Source of the DNA: Telmatocola sphagniphila
Lineage (GTDB): Bacteria; Planctomycetota; Planctomycetia; Gemmatales; Gemmataceae
DNA: 32,000 nucleotides
Reading direction: 5' to 3'
Assembly (NCBI RefSeq): GCF_018398935.1
Contig: NZ_CP074694.1
Span: 3,570,001 to 3,602,000 of the forward strand
Shown: positions 6,924-15,537 of the stretch, piece by piece
Position numbering within the stretch: position 1 is the first letter of the stretch
How the letters are laid out: each line of letters starts with the position of its first letter
Notes under the pieces: model-generated
Databases searched by the model: none
What the model saw: the letters and a program-made list of their open reading frames with translations, nothing else
What the model was told of the DNA's origin: nothing
Made by a program: the position numbers and the translations under genes

Positions 6924-9900
6924 GTTTCCACGACTCATCTGTCGTGGCCGAATTGAAGCGAGAATTGTTACCATCAATTCGCTATGAGGCTCCTTCACGT
7001 TTCCACGACTCATCTGTCGTGGCCGAATTGAAGCTTGGATAGACGTTCTTAAACACCTTGAGCAGCAACGCGTTTCCACGACTCATCTGTCGTGGCCGAA
7101 TTGAAGCCTGGGATTGAGTGTAATCCACAGGAACGGATTCCATGTTTCCACGACTCATCTGTCGTGGCCGAATTGAAGCCTGATAGCCACCTCGGCCATC
7201 TATAAGTAATTCTAAGTTTCCACGACTCATCTGTCGTGGCCGAATTGAAGCAAGTCGTAGGTGCAGATCATACCGAGCGGTTTCCCTGTTTCCACGACTC
7301 ATCTGTCGTGGCCGAATTGAAGCTTGTAACCGGCATAAAAACCGAGGTATATTGCGTGGTTTCCACGACTCATCTGTCGTGGCCGAATTGAAGCGGCATC
7401 ATTCGCTTACCTTCCTCGATGAATTTCGTCGTTTCCACGACTCATCTGTCGTGGCCGAATTGAAGCTCAACCAACCGCACACCGTTTCCTTTTTCAAAAT
7501 CCCGTTTCCACGACTCATCTGTCGTGGCCGAATTGAAGCCCGGTTCCTCGGCCGGTACTGGATCAACGGTGCTGGCGTTTCCACGACTCATCTGTCGTGG
7601 CCGAATTGAAGCTCCCATACCGCCGTCGCCGCTGGAAATCTCTTGCGGAGTTTCCACGACTCATCTGTCGTGGCCGAATTGAAGCATCGTCAATCCGCGG
7701 GGCGTCTTCTTAGTTCACGATGTTTCCACGACTCATCTGTCGTGGCCGAATTGAAGCGGCGAGTGTCGAACTCATCAGGAGTGGGTGGGGGAGTTTCCAC
7801 GACTCATCTGTCGTGGCCGAATTGAAGCCGGGACTGTAACACGAAGCTATTCTACGGCACGGGGTTTCCACGACTCATCTGTCGTGGCCGAATTGAAGCC
7901 CTTTCCTTAGGCCGGTGCGGCCGTGGTGTCGGCGTGTTTCCACGACTCATCTGTCGTGGCCGAATTGAAGCTTTGCCTGCCAACTCCGCCATCTTGCCCT
8001 TCACCAGGTTTCCACGACTCATCTGTCGTGGCCGAATTGAAGCAATTCCTTGAGCTTCCACCCCGGAAGCCCAATCGACGTTTCCACGACTCATCTGTCG
8101 TGGCCGAATTGAAGCCGGATTATCAAGCACATAGCGCTTGATCCCGTGGGCGGTTTCCACGACTCATCTGTCGTGGCCGAATTGAAGCGAGATGAGCAGG
8201 GGAAGATCCACCAGGTTAAGGCGAGTTTCCACGACTCATCTGTCGTGGCCGAATTGAAGCGCCGCAAATCCCTGCCAGGACGCCGGTTTTCAAGACGTTT
8301 CCACGACTCATCTGTCGTGGCCGAATTGAAGCAAAATGCTTGGCTATGTTCCCGATTGCGGAGAAATCCGTTTCCACGACTCATCTGTCGTGGCCGAATT
8401 GAAGCATCCGAGAGCCAAACCTTGATATTCGCACAAAGAGCGTTTCCACGACTCATCTGTCGTGGCCGAATTGAAGCACAGAGAGCTTCTCCCTCGGCAC
8501 TCTCCTGCTTGCCGTTTCCACGACTCATCTGTCGTGGCCGAATTGAAGCGGAGCGATCCTGGCCGCCGCCGTGCCTGGAGAGTTCAAGTTTCCACGACTC
8601 ATCTGTCGTGGCCGAATTGAAGCCTCGGGCGTCTCGTTAGCTCGTAGTTCATAGCCACAGTTTCCACGACTCATCTGTCGTGGCCGAATTGAAGCGCGCC
8701 GATGCAGTGAACGCTGGCGACCGCAAGGGGCCGTTTCCACGACTCATCTGTCGTGGCCGAATTGAAGCGACCAATGAGAGGGCAATACAGAGGATCATCC
8801 CATGGTTTCCACGACTCATCTGTCGTGGCCGAATTGAAGCTTTTCTTCCTCGACCCGGATGTCGTACCGGACGCCCGGTTTCCACGACTCATCTGTCGTG
8901 GCCGAATTGAAGCCACGCTTACTTCCCCCGTTACGCGCTTCGCAGAAGTGTTTCCACGACTCATCTGTCGTGGCCGAATTGAAGCCAAGTCTCTTCGGTC
9001 TGCCGTTCGTAGTCGTACAGAGTTTCCACGACTCATCTGTCGTGGCCGAATTGAAGCCACGGGATGTTGCGAGAAAGGGGCCGGGTATCCATGCGTTTCC
9101 ACGACTCATCTGTCGTGGCCGAATTGAAGCCAGGATATTACCATCGACCTCTGGCGGCGCGAAAAGGTTTCCACGACTCATCTGTCGTGGCCGAATTGAA
9201 GCGAGCGACTACCTCAAATAATCGCTCGGATACCCGACGTTTCCACGACTCATCTGTCGTGGCCGAATTGAAGCACCGTTGCCCATTTGTCCGCATCGTG
9301 GTGAAGTCATCGTTTCCACGACTCATCTGTCGTGGCCGAATTGAAGCGGTATTTGGCAGTAAGGGTTGCCGCCGCAAAAGTCGCGTGTTTCCACGACTCA
9401 TCTGTCGTGGCCGAATTGAAGCAGCCAGCCGTAGTGCCGGGAACGGGAGCCTATGGCAAGTTTCCACGACTCATCTGTCGTGGCCGAATTGAAGCGTTTT
9501 GCTGGCTCACAGTATATGTCCGCCACAACGGGTTTCCACGACTCATCTGTCGTGGCCGAATTGAAGCTTGACGTCCCGCCCGCCTTCCAGCTTGATCGAC
9601 ACCGTTTCCACGACTCATCTGTCGTGGCCGAATTGAAGCAACAGCCAGCTCCGCAAGGTGCCCGTGCGGCTGACCCGTTTCCACGACTCATCTGTCGTGG
9701 CCGAATTGAAGCCAGCATCCGGTCTATGTTGGTCGAAAAAATGTCGTAGTTTCCACGACTCATCTGTCGTGGCCGAATTGAAGCTTGTTGGCCAAGACGA
9801 CCTCGTACACGATCCTGAACAGTTTCCACGACTCATCTGTCGTGGCCGAATTGAAGCTATTGGGCGATCGGTTAATGGTTTACTTGAAATCTTGTTTCCA

Positions 9901-10363
9901 CGACTCATCTGTCGTGGCCGAATTGAAGCGAGTAAAAATGTATGCAGGACAGTAAAAAGTATTACAGTTTCCACGACTCATCTGTCGTGGCCGAATTGAA
10001 GCCGCTGGCGGTGACCTCGATGTCCAAGGTGAATCGAGGTTTCCACGACTCATCTGTCGTGGCCGAATTGAAGCATCTAAGCTGTTCTTTTGTTGGACAA
10101 GTTCTTCGATCGTTTCCACGACTCATCTGTCGTGGCCGAATTGAAGCGGCCGTAACGCGAGTACTAATTGCGTGTTTTCGTTGTTTCCACGACTCATCTG
10201 TCGTGGCCGAATTGAAGCTTCTTCTAACTGTGCTTGACATTGTTCCGGAACAGTGTTTCCACGACTCATCTGTCGTGGCCGAATTGAAGCAATCGCACAT
10301 GCCGCATATCGTTTGTGCGGCAGCGGGGTTTCCACGACTCATCTGTCGTGGCCGAATTGAAGC
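6924..10363 (+). CRISPR. CRISPR array: 48 x 36-bp repeat GTTTCCACGACTCATCTGTCGTGGCCGAATTGAAGC with 47 spacers
   Basis: I located every repeat start by hand, from 6924, 6999, 7072 ... to 10255 and 10328. The period is 71-75 bp, giving spacers of 35-39 nt. All 48 repeats read identically, including the last one. All 47 spacers are different. The repeat contains a 7-bp stem CCACGAC/GTCGTGG with a 6-nt loop. It ends in ATTGAAGC, resembling the ATTGAAA(C/G) terminus of many type I repeats, which gives + strand transcription from the cas2-side leader. Confidence 0.99.
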
Positions 10364-10430
10364 GGATTATCGCCCGATGCTCTCGCTTACCCCCCCGGGC
10401 GGGAATGGCCGCTAGCGCGAAATACCTCGC

Positions 10431-10447
10431 TTGACTGCGGCAGTCAA
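10431..10447. repeat. 17-bp perfect palindrome TTGACTGC-G-GCAGTCAA about 70 bp after the last repeat
   Basis: Read directly. A third CTTGACT half-site follows at about 10458. Its function is unknown; it could be an operator or an RNA hairpin. Confidence 0.5.
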
Positions 10448-10744
10448 TGCGAGATGGCTTGACTCTGAGAGAGAAGCGAATCAAAAATAACAGTTTGTAC
10501 TGACATAAATTGCCTGCCTGGGGAACCTAAAACCCTGAATTGTGATTTCGAGTGTTCCGTTCCTCTATGTGTTTTTCTTAATTTATCGACACAACTGGCT
10601 CAGTATCAGACTGCGATTAGCGATTCTGGAGCTATTATTCAGCGGTAGAAAAGCTCCCTGCTTTTCCACCACAACTTGCCCTTGTCCGTTCCGGTTAACT
10701 CATTTAGCATGATCAGCCGATTCTGCCTGATTCGGAGAATGTTC

Positions 10745-11989
10745 ATGAGTCGAGTTTTTCTCATCCTGGCGGTTGCGATTCTTCTGTTATCGTCCCAGTC
10801 CGGCACGGCTCAGAACAAGTCGGAAACCACCACTCAGCCGGCGGTAAGCGATCCCTTTGCCAGCGAATTTCACAAAAACGAAATCGCTCTGCGAGACCAA
10901 AAAGCGGCCGTTCGATTTCTCATTGCACAGGCTCCCAAGCGGATCAATGAATGGAAATTCGGGGCCGAGAAAGGCTACCCGGTGGCCCAGTGGTTCTATG
11001 CCCGATGCCTGGAAGCCGGCTATACCGTCAAGAAAAACGAGACTGAAGCTTTGGCCTTGTATCACAAGGCAGCGATCCAGGGCAATTCGGACGCTATGAT
11101 CGCCATCGCGCGAATGCACGAGCAGGGTGTGGGAGTAGCTCAAAACTTTTCGGAGGCCTTCAACTGGTATTGCAAGGCCATTGAAGCGGGCAATAACACG
11201 GCGCTGTACAATTTGGGCTGCTGCTATGGCCGCGGCCGGGGTGTAAAAAAGGACGAACAGGAAGCGGTGAAGTGGATCCGCAAAGCGGCCGATTTGAATG
11301 TGCCGAAAGCCGTCTTCGCCATCGGCTGCATGTACGAGGAAGGAAGAGGGCTCACCAAAAATCTCACCGAGGCTTTCAAGTGGTTCTATAAAGCGGCGGA
11401 GTTGGGCTACACCGAAGCGATGACCCATATGGCCGAGAACTATTTATTTGGTCGCGGCCTTAAAAAGGACGAAAAAGAAGCTCTGCGCTGGTACCTGATG
11501 GCGGCGGAAGCAAACGACATCGATGCCATGCTGAGTGCGGCCGCGCTTTATCTGACTGGACCGGCCGACTTGAAAAATGAAAAAGAATCGGCGCGATGGT
11601 ATCTTACGGCCGCAGAGTTGGGCAACGCCTCGGCCATGTTCAATCTCGGCTATATGTACACGATGGGATTCGGGGTACAACGCGACGAGAAGCAAGCCTA
11701 CGCCTGGTACTATAAGGCAGCCGAGGCCAATCTGCCCCAGGCGATGTATGTGATCGGGGAAATGTTCTTTGAAGGCCATGGCTTTGAAAAAGACGACAAA
11801 CTGGCGGCCCAGTGGTTTCTGAAAGCGGCGGAATTCAATCAGCCGGATGCGATGCTACGGTTGGGTCGAATGTACGATAACGGAATGGGTGGCTTACCCA
11901 AGGATGAGCAGGAAGCGCTGAAATGGTATGCAAAATCGGCGCTAGTCAAGGAACGCGCCCAGCGTGAAATCCGTGTTAATAATCAGTGA
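10745..11989 (+). CDS. Secreted Sel1-like repeat (SLR, TPR-family) protein
   Basis: About ten reiterations of the SLR pattern occur ('A..WY.KAAE.G...AM..LG.MY..G.GV.KD..EA..W'). The signal peptide is 'MSRVFLILAVAILLLSSQSGTAQ'. GGAG lies 8 nt upstream of the ATG at 10745. The track ORF starts at an upstream TTG (10676). Confidence 0.9.
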   Translation: MSRVFLILAVAILLLSSQSGTAQNKSETTTQPAVSDPFASEFHKNEIALRDQKAAVRFLIAQAPKRINEWKFGAEKGYPVAQWFYARCLEAGYTVKKNETEALALYHKAAIQGNSDAMIAIARMHEQGVGVAQNFSEAFNWYCKAIEAGNNTALYNLGCCYGRGRGVKKDEQEAVKWIRKAADLNVPKAVFAIGCMYEEGRGLTKNLTEAFKWFYKAAELGYTEAMTHMAENYLFGRGLKKDEKEALRWYLMAAEANDIDAMLSAAALYLTGPADLKNEKESARWYLTAAELGNASAMFNLGYMYTMGFGVQRDEKQAYAWYYKAAEANLPQAMYVIGEMFFEGHGFEKDDKLAAQWFLKAAEFNQPDAMLRLGRMYDNGMGGLPKDEQEALKWYAKSALVKERAQREIRVNNQ

Positions 11990-12199
11990 ATTTTTCAGCT
12001 CTCGATGAGGATCGATCAGGCTTTTCGCCTGGCAAGTGTATCTTAGTCCCCGTACATTTTTCATTTCAATTGTCCCGGCCCTGCCTGTTTCAAGATATTA
12101 GGTTCTTCGCATCCGTCTGCACTTCCAAACCGCATAAAATGAAATCGAATGACCCGTCCGGTGTTTAAAAAGATAGAATCCTTACCCTCCAGGAGATAG

Positions 12200-13879
12200 A
12201 TGATGTTTCATCGTTTTTTATTATTGACGAGCGTTTTTGCACTCGGTTGGTGCAGTTCCACTCGAGCGCAAACCAATACCGTACCTGCGGATGCGGCCAT
12301 CTACGCCAAAATCAATGCCAAGCAATTTTTGGATAATCCCGTATTGAAACCGCTGCTGGAAACCATTTCCAAAGCGGATCCGGCTTTGTTAGCGGATTTT
12401 CAAAAACGCTATCCCGTAACCCCTTTGGATATCTCGGGAGTGACCGTTTTTGCTCTCGCCAATCCCAATCCTCAAGGCCCACCCATTCCATTCGGCCTGA
12501 TCCATATGTCCAAGGATGTCGGCCCGGCTTCGGTGCTGGCACTGGTCGATCCGAAAGCACAGGCCAAGGCCGTGGGTGGCACAGCGTACTTCGAAAGCCA
12601 GGCCCTTCAGGCCGACATCCAATTCCTGGATAACCGGACGGTCCTCGTCGGTGCCGCCGGTACCTTGCAGATGCTGGCCCAACGGAAAGCCGGCAAAGGG
12701 GCGCTCGCCGAAATCATTGGGAAATCGGAGACACTTCCAGACTTCTTTTTCGCAATCGATGCCTCGATCATCCCCGCAGATGCCAAACAGGGCATTCCGC
12801 CCGATTTTCAGCCGATCGCCGCACTCAAGACTCTCCAGATCTCCGGCGATAGCAAAACGAATAATATGATCATTCAAATGAACTTCGCGAGCGAGGCTGC
12901 CACAAAGTCCGCTCATGAAGCTTTGTTGAAGGCAATTTCCGCAGGCCGATCGGAACTGGCGAAAGCAAAGCAGGAGATGATGAATCAGATGTCTCAGCAG
13001 GCCGCCAATCAACCGGCCGGACTCGAAGGTATGGCCACAGCCGTTGGTGGATTATTGGCCAGTGGCGGCTTCAACCAGATCGACGCTTTTCTAGCTAATC
13101 CGGGACTGGTCGTTAAAGGAGAGCAGATTACCAAAACGATCGAAATGCCCGATATGATGGGTATTAATGGAGCCACCATGCCGGTTTTAGTGGGACTGCT
13201 TCTGCCCGCCGTGCAGAAAGTTCGCGCTGCCGCCGGTCAGGCTCAGGGTACGAATAACGTCAAGCAGATGATTCTGGCCTTTCACAATTTCGAATCGGCC
13301 TATGGATTTTTCCCAAATGATATCTGCGACAAAAATGGCAAGCCACTCCTGAGCTGGCGGGTGGCCATTTTACCGTATATCGAGCAGGCGAATCTTTACA
13401 ACCAATTTAAATTAGATGAACCCTGGGACAGCGAACATAACAAGCCACTTTCCGAAATCGTAGTCAAAATTTTCTGCAATCCGAATGACCCCGATGTCGG
13501 CCCAAAGACTCATTATCAGGTCTTCACCGGCAAGGATACCTGCTTCGTACCCGGCAAGAAATTGAACATTACCAACATCACCGATGGCACATCCAATACC
13601 GGTATTGTTTTCGAAGCCAAGGAAGCGGTCGTCTGGACCAAACCCGGAGATATCGCTTACAGCCCGAAGATGGATGTTGCTTCGAAACTGCTCTTCCGGA
13701 ATGGGCAATCCACGACAGTAGGAATGGCCGATGGTTCGGTTCGAATGATCGACAAGAATCTCTCCGCCAGAACATGGCATTTACTCATTAATCCGGCTGA
13801 TGGAGAAGTTTTGAATCTCGATGCGCGTGATACTCCGGAACGGAGCTTCCCTAAACCCCCTGTTCCGAAGAAGCAGTAA
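12200..13879 (+). CDS. Secreted fusion protein: ~325-aa N-terminal domain of unknown function plus a DUF1559 (planctomycete 'H-X9-DG') domain
   Basis: A Sec-type signal peptide 'MMFHRFLLLTSVFALGWCSSTRAQ' is present. From residue ~327 the DUF1559 hallmarks appear: 'LLLPAVQKVRAAA', 'LSWRVAILPYIEQANLYNQFKLDEPWDSEHN', 'TDGTSNT', and C-terminal 'MADGSVRMI'. AGGAG lies upstream of the ATG. Confidence 0.8.
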   Translation: MMFHRFLLLTSVFALGWCSSTRAQTNTVPADAAIYAKINAKQFLDNPVLKPLLETISKADPALLADFQKRYPVTPLDISGVTVFALANPNPQGPPIPFGLIHMSKDVGPASVLALVDPKAQAKAVGGTAYFESQALQADIQFLDNRTVLVGAAGTLQMLAQRKAGKGALAEIIGKSETLPDFFFAIDASIIPADAKQGIPPDFQPIAALKTLQISGDSKTNNMIIQMNFASEAATKSAHEALLKAISAGRSELAKAKQEMMNQMSQQAANQPAGLEGMATAVGGLLASGGFNQIDAFLANPGLVVKGEQITKTIEMPDMMGINGATMPVLVGLLLPAVQKVRAAAGQAQGTNNVKQMILAFHNFESAYGFFPNDICDKNGKPLLSWRVAILPYIEQANLYNQFKLDEPWDSEHNKPLSEIVVKIFCNPNDPDVGPKTHYQVFTGKDTCFVPGKKLNITNITDGTSNTGIVFEAKEAVVWTKPGDIAYSPKMDVASKLLFRNGQSTTVGMADGSVRMIDKNLSARTWHLLINPADGEVLNLDARDTPERSFPKPPVPKKQ

Positions 13880-13906
13880 TTACCGGCTTAGAATTTTCTC
13901 GTGATC

Positions 13907-13966
13907 AACGAGACACGGGAAGAGTTACTCAGGAGCAGACCTGGGCGACTCTTCCCGTGTCTCGTT
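13907..13966. terminator. Bidirectional terminator candidate: 19-bp perfect inverted repeat between convergent genes
   Basis: AACGAGACACGGGAAGAGT (13907-13925) and ACTCTTCCCGTGTCTCGTT (13948-13966) are exact reverse complements separated by a 22-nt loop. The element sits between the stop of 12200..13879 (+) and the stop of 13979..14848 (-). Confidence 0.5.
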
Positions 13967-13978
13967 TAGAACCTGGTA

Positions 13979-14848
13979 CTAATCCTTCTTCAGTTCCGGC
14001 ATCGGCTTATAATCGGTCGGTATTGTCGTATCGAAGAGCTTCGGATCGAGTTCCTCGTCGAACCCAAGATAAGTGGCCGTCGCCGTATACTGCTTATCGC
14101 CCATCTTCGAGATCACCCGAGAACGAATTGGCATATCAGTTTTCGGATCGATCCAGATCTTCAGATCCGCAGTGATTTTCATGCCGGGTACGTCAACCCC
14201 TTTCATCTCGTAAACTTTAGTTTTCCTTCCGTCCAGATACTCATCCGGTAACCCCTGCACTTTGTCATCACTGGGGATTTTGAATTGTTCCAGAGTTCCT
14301 TTTACACTCTTGGTGACACTTTTGATCATCTCATCCTTTTCCGGATCGAGAAGTCGGTAAGTCTTCATACCTTTGAACAGCACAATCCCTTTCCCATCGC
14401 CTTTGTTATTGATGACGACCACCAGACCGGCCGGTTCCACTTCGGAACGCATTTTCCCTTCCGACATGTAACTGCGAGAAGTCATTTTGTTCTTGGTGCC
14501 ATCATCGAGTTCGACAATCATTCGAATCGACTTCGCCTGATCGAGCTTTCGAATCGATTTCTTCAGGTCGTCCGCCGCGGATCGACCCGAAGTCATTACA
14601 AAGATCACCAGTACGGCCGCAATCGTGGAGACTGAGAAGCCTCCGAATTTCAAAATACGCATGATCTGTTTCCTCCTCTTTTGTTTGGAAACCAATTCCT
14701 CGGGCAGAAGGACGTTCTGTCGAGGATTCAACGCGGCGACAGTCGCCGCGATTAAAATCTCGTCGGGTCCAACCGGAATCGGCGTTTCTCTCAAAGCGTT
14801 CATCGCCGCATTCAAGGGATCTTCCGGTAATTCATTCTGGGGTTTCAA
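13979..14848 (-). CDS. Membrane-anchored putative anti-sigma factor with a LolA-like / lipoprotein-sorting-like extracytoplasmic domain
   Basis: Its TTG start overlaps the stop of the upstream ECF sigma gene by 4 nt. It has a single TM segment ('FGGFSVSTIAAVLVIFVMT') after a ~65-aa cytoplasmic head. The beta-rich C-terminal domain resembles LolA-like folds by pattern. No zinc-binding HxxxCxxC motif is present. The role is inferred mainly from position. Confidence 0.5.
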   Translation of the reverse strand: MKPQNELPEDPLNAAMNALRETPIPVGPDEILIAATVAALNPRQNVLLPEELVSKQKRRKQIMRILKFGGFSVSTIAAVLVIFVMTSGRSAADDLKKSIRKLDQAKSIRMIVELDDGTKNKMTSRSYMSEGKMRSEVEPAGLVVVINNKGDGKGIVLFKGMKTYRLLDPEKDEMIKSVTKSVKGTLEQFKIPSDDKVQGLPDEYLDGRKTKVYEMKGVDVPGMKITADLKIWIDPKTDMPIRSRVISKMGDKQYTATATYLGFDEELDPKLFDTTIPTDYKPMPELKKD

Positions 14849-15363
14849 GGGGTTCCTCTCTTCTCTCCCTGCGGGTCGAAAGCCGCCAGCTTGGCTTTCA
14901 AGTCCTGTCTGGCCCGATGAAGCAGCACTCCGAGATTTACCACGGTCACATCCAAACTTTTGGCCGCCTCCGCATAACTCAAACCTTCGAGTTGAACGAG
15001 CGTAAAACTCGCCGCGTGCAACGGAGGAATTTCGGTCAGCGCCTGCCGCAGCCGATGGGCGAATTCATTGTTCTCAACCACATCCATCGGGGTAGCGAAC
15101 CGACCGTCTACGCAATCGTCGGGTAACGCTTCGGCCCGCCGCCAGCGATAACGAGTGCGCAACATATCCAGCGAACGCAATGTGGCGAGTCGCTGCAGGG
15201 CAGCCGGCCAGTCACTAATCGGAGCCTTTTGATGCCATTCGAACGCCGCGAGGAAGCTCTGCTGGAAGCAATCTCGCGCATCCGCATCGTGATTGAGCAG
15301 CCGATACACAATTCGCCAGACGATGGGTCCATGCTGGCGAATGATTGAATTCCAATCGGTCAT
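14845..15363 (-). CDS. ECF-type RNA polymerase sigma factor (sigma-70 regions 2 and 4)
   Basis: 172 aa. Region 2 is 'HGPIVWRIVYRLLNHDADARDCFQQSFLAAF'. Region 4 HTH is 'FTLVQLEGLSYAEAAKSLDVTVVNLGVLLHRARQDLK'. Confidence 0.9.
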   Translation of the reverse strand: MTDWNSIIRQHGPIVWRIVYRLLNHDADARDCFQQSFLAAFEWHQKAPISDWPAALQRLATLRSLDMLRTRYRWRRAEALPDDCVDGRFATPMDVVENNEFAHRLRQALTEIPPLHAASFTLVQLEGLSYAEAAKSLDVTVVNLGVLLHRARQDLKAKLAAFDPQGEKRGTP

Positions 15364-15507
15364 TCGCTTCTCAATATCCGAACAGGTTGAATTTCATGCC
15401 ATACTAGTCGATGAGAGTCCAGAGATCCTTACAAGAATTTCAGACGACTTGTAAACAGAGGGGAATCGAAAAATGGAACTTAATTAGGGCTTTATCAGGT
15501 AAAAGTG

Positions 15508-15530
15508 CGGCGGAGCAGACGCCCCCGCCG
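15508..15530 (-). terminator. Weak intrinsic-terminator candidate after the DUF1501 gene
   Basis: A 6-bp GC stem (CGGCGG / CCGCCG) flanks an 11-nt loop. On the minus strand it is followed by a TTTT run (15501-15504). It begins 8 nt after the stop codon. Confidence 0.3.
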
Positions 15531-15537
15531 GGGAAAT

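Noticed and set aside
7829-7863. Spacer 13 (CGGGACTGTAACACGAAGCTATTCTACGGCACGGG) shares TGTAACAC and TATTCTACG with 20114-20130 (TGTAACACTATTCTACG), upstream of the sigma-fusion gene. This could be self-targeting.
   Set aside because: The match is split by a 5-nt insertion and covers only 17 nt. By rough estimate, short k-mer coincidences of this size are plausible in a 32-kb window. It is not a usable protospacer.
10364-10420. Possible degenerate 49th repeat after the array (a TGGCCG match at 10406-10411).
   Set aside because: Aligning on that hexamer would give a 21-nt spacer, and almost no other repeat positions match. I conclude there is no relic repeat.
6982-10484. Dozens of 60-160-aa ORFs across the array on both strands, with recurring peptides such as 'FHDSSVVAELK', 'FPRLICRGRIEA', 'ASIRPRQMSRGN' and 'FNSATTDESWK'.
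   Set aside because: They are simply the 36-bp CRISPR repeat translated in different frames and joined through spacers. They are not genes.
13957-14175. 72-aa plus-strand ORF starting inside the terminator hairpin.
   Set aside because: It overlaps the 3' end of the anti-sigma gene in antisense, is Ser/Arg/Pro-rich, and has no RBS.
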